A stretch of 64,000 nucleotides of DNA, from positions 8,903-72,902 of the forward strand of contig CAYYQL010000006.1 in NCBI GenBank assembly GCA_964473825.1. Direction: 5' to 3'. The notes under the pieces were generated by a model that was not told the DNA's origin, ran no database searches, and saw only the letters and a list, made by a program, of their open reading frames with translations. Position 1 is the stretch's first letter, and each line of letters opens with the position of its first letter. A program made the position numbers and the translations under genes. The stretch is from an uncultured archaeon (lineage in GTDB: Archaea; Asgardarchaeota; Thorarchaeia; Thorarchaeales; Thorarchaeaceae). Positions 62,291-64,000 of this stretch are shown here, in pieces.

Positions 62291-63377
62291 CAAGACCGTC
62301 CTCTCCCTGTTCCGGCTCGTTCGTTTTGCGCCCCTTGAAGATGAACTGGGTCACAGAGAATCGGTTCACAACGAAGACCACACCGGGAACGGAAACGAGC
62401 ACTGCAACAGCAAACCTCAGGACCCACAGAAGCAAAGTAGGTTCAAGGGGGAGACCCAACAGAACAAAGGCAACTGCGGGAATGAAGAAAGTCATCGGAT
62501 GGAGCTCGTATATCTCCTGAGAGTTTCTACCAAGAATCAGACCGATGGACCTTGGTCTCTCAGGGAGGTCTGTCAAGTAACCTGAAACAACAAAGACTAT
62601 GATGGAACCAAGTGTCCCAGTCGCAAGATACAGCAACACTGATTCACCAATCCTATCCACTGCAAGGTCGGTGAATCCGTTCATCTGCGATGCGAGGATG
62701 AGGCACACGCCCAGAAGAATCACAATCAAAAAGTCAACAGAGGGAGTTTCACTCCGCCACGATTTGAGACCTCGCAAATGCCGGATCTCGTTTCCAATCA
62801 AGACGAAAGTAGCAGAGATTAAGATGGCGTTCAAGTGCCACGGAACCAAGGCAGGTGAAAAGAGAGATTGAAGCCATACGGCCAGGACGGGTAACACTGC
62901 AAATAGAGGATATCGGGCCCAGTGCGGTTGTTTCCTCAACGTATGGTCCAGAACGACAAACAGAAAGAAACCAAAAAAGAGGACGGGAAGAAACCAGAGA
63001 TGTGTGACTGAGTCAGGAGGACCGCTACCATACAAGAACCAGAACAAAAGCTGGTCAGGGGTGAGATAGGTATCGACATACGGCGACAGCAGTGCGAAGA
63101 GCAGCATCATGATCCCGTACAGTATGAAATAGGGAATCATGAACTGCCGGCCGCGTGTGCGAAGGAGGGCTATAAAATCATCCCGATGTTTCTCGTTGTT
63201 ATATGTGAGCCCTGTTAGAACAAAGAAGAGGGGGATTGTAAAGCTGCTCAGGTGAACTGTGATGGCATTGATTGTAGGTATTATTGAATGAACCAGCATG
63301 ACAAAGAATATCCCCACACCCTTGGCCATATCAATCCAATCAAAGCGCCGGTGGGGAACGAATACCCCGTTTTTCAT
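62253..63377 (-). CDS. Acyltransferase-3 family membrane O-acyltransferase
   Basis: RRFDWIDMAKGVGIFFVMLVHS is at the N-terminus and about 10 TM spans follow. Its 3' end overlaps the convergent 61241-62290 gene by 38 nt. Confidence 0.8.
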   Translation of the reverse strand: MKNGVFVPHRRFDWIDMAKGVGIFFVMLVHSIIPTINAITVHLSSFTIPLFFVLTGLTYNNEKHRDDFIALLRTRGRQFMIPYFILYGIMMLLFALLSPYVDTYLTPDQLLFWFLYGSGPPDSVTHLWFLPVLFFGFFLFVVLDHTLRKQPHWARYPLFAVLPVLAVWLQSLFSPALVPWHLNAILISATFVLIGNEIRHLRGLKSWRSETPSVDFLIVILLGVCLILASQMNGFTDLAVDRIGESVLLYLATGTLGSIIVFVVSGYLTDLPERPRSIGLILGRNSQEIYELHPMTFFIPAVAFVLLGLPLEPTLLLWVLRFAVAVLVSVPGVVFVVNRFSVTQFIFKGRKTNEPEQGEDGLANESSSVSTTEP

Positions 63378-63393
63378 AATCGTTCACTTGTCT

Positions 63394-64000
63394 TCAAACA
63401 GAAGGCTTTGGCAAACTTTTTAACACTGACCTTCGGGGATTTCGGGAAAAGGGGGAGAAAGGTTGGACTTGCGGGATAGTGTGTCCCTCTCCAAGAATCT
63501 CTCTTTTCACTCGCTCAACATCTCGGGGGGATTGCTTGGAAATCCAAGAATTTAGCATGTCATTGGGTGATCGGCTGCATTTCCAGAAGTAAACCCGATC
63601 TTCCAGAGAGATCCATATGATTGCTTCGCTCCTCGCTCGGTTGTTCAGATCTGCTGATGGCTTGTACAAGATTCAATCAGATTGTCGGGCAGATGAATTC
63701 TGGGTTACGCCTTCGAATTGGTCCGGATGTATCTCGTAGAAGTAGAATCTGTCGGAAGTATGTGTGAGATTCGCCTTTCTTATAGGATTGCCCAGGGATG
63801 CCAAGTAAGAGCCTGAAACATCATTCATCAGGAATCGTAATCCAATCTTTCCCGCCGCTAATGAACTCCACACTGTCTCACCCCGATATAGGATGGCAAT
63901 AATGAATTGACATTCATAGAACTGCAGAAAGATGGTGCGCTCGCCGGGACTCGAATTCCCGACCACATTCGAGACTGAATGCAGTTCCCGGCTCCCGATT
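63394..64000 (-). pseudogene. Interrupted paralogue of the N-terminal half of the 618-aa protein (in-frame TGA at 63673-63675; open to the window end)
   Basis: DRVYFWKCSRSPNDMLNSW matches LRVYVWKINRTPDDMLNVW of 50182-52038. The upstream DRFYFYEIHPDQFEG matches RRVSFYELNLDGLDD. The two track ORFs (63673-63966 and 63394-63669) are in the same frame, separated only by TGA plus one codon. Confidence 0.45.

Overview
This window is a gene-dense archaeal chromosomal segment. The evidence is archaeal or eukaryote-type ribosomal proteins (eL21, eL37, eL38, eL40), Rpo4/F, Alba, a proteasome beta subunit, aCPSF1/aCPSF2, Pus10, Pth2, a geranylgeranyl reductase, and intron-containing tRNAs with BRE/TATA-like promoters. 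Two tandem profilin-like genes and a longin/roadblock-like gene point to an Asgard-type lineage. That lineage call is inference from motif reading and I ran no search.

The layout is as follows:
- 1-8.2 kb is an accessory-looking stretch. It holds a methyltransferase, a membrane protein, a decayed GNAT gene, an ORF-poor AT-rich island with three paralogous micro-ORFs, a wHTH regulator, the profilin pair and an OPT transporter.
- 8.2-21.1 kb is a tightly packed minus-strand operon. It encodes a 2269-aa surface protein (transglutaminase-like core, about 15 Ig-like repeats, DUF4129-like tail), then a DUF4350-like protein, a MoxR AAA+ ATPase, DUF58, a novel polytopic membrane protein and a DHH phosphoesterase.
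- 21-50 kb is mostly housekeeping: translation, RNA modification, succinyl-CoA synthetase, proteasome and SepF. It also contains two unusual Ski2/Hel308-like helicase paralogues, one of which has degenerate ATPase motifs plus a SWIM finger.
- 50-64 kb holds a 618-aa orphan protein abutting a two-intron tRNA-Ala. It also holds a tRNA-Phe with a T-loop intron and a truncated upstream duplicate, a PadR-HAAS pair, dUTPase, the longin-like gene and an interrupted paralogue of the 618-aa gene at the window edge.

I saw no CRISPR array, rRNA, transposase or integrase. All family assignments come from motif recognition by eye and need HMM or structure searches to confirm.
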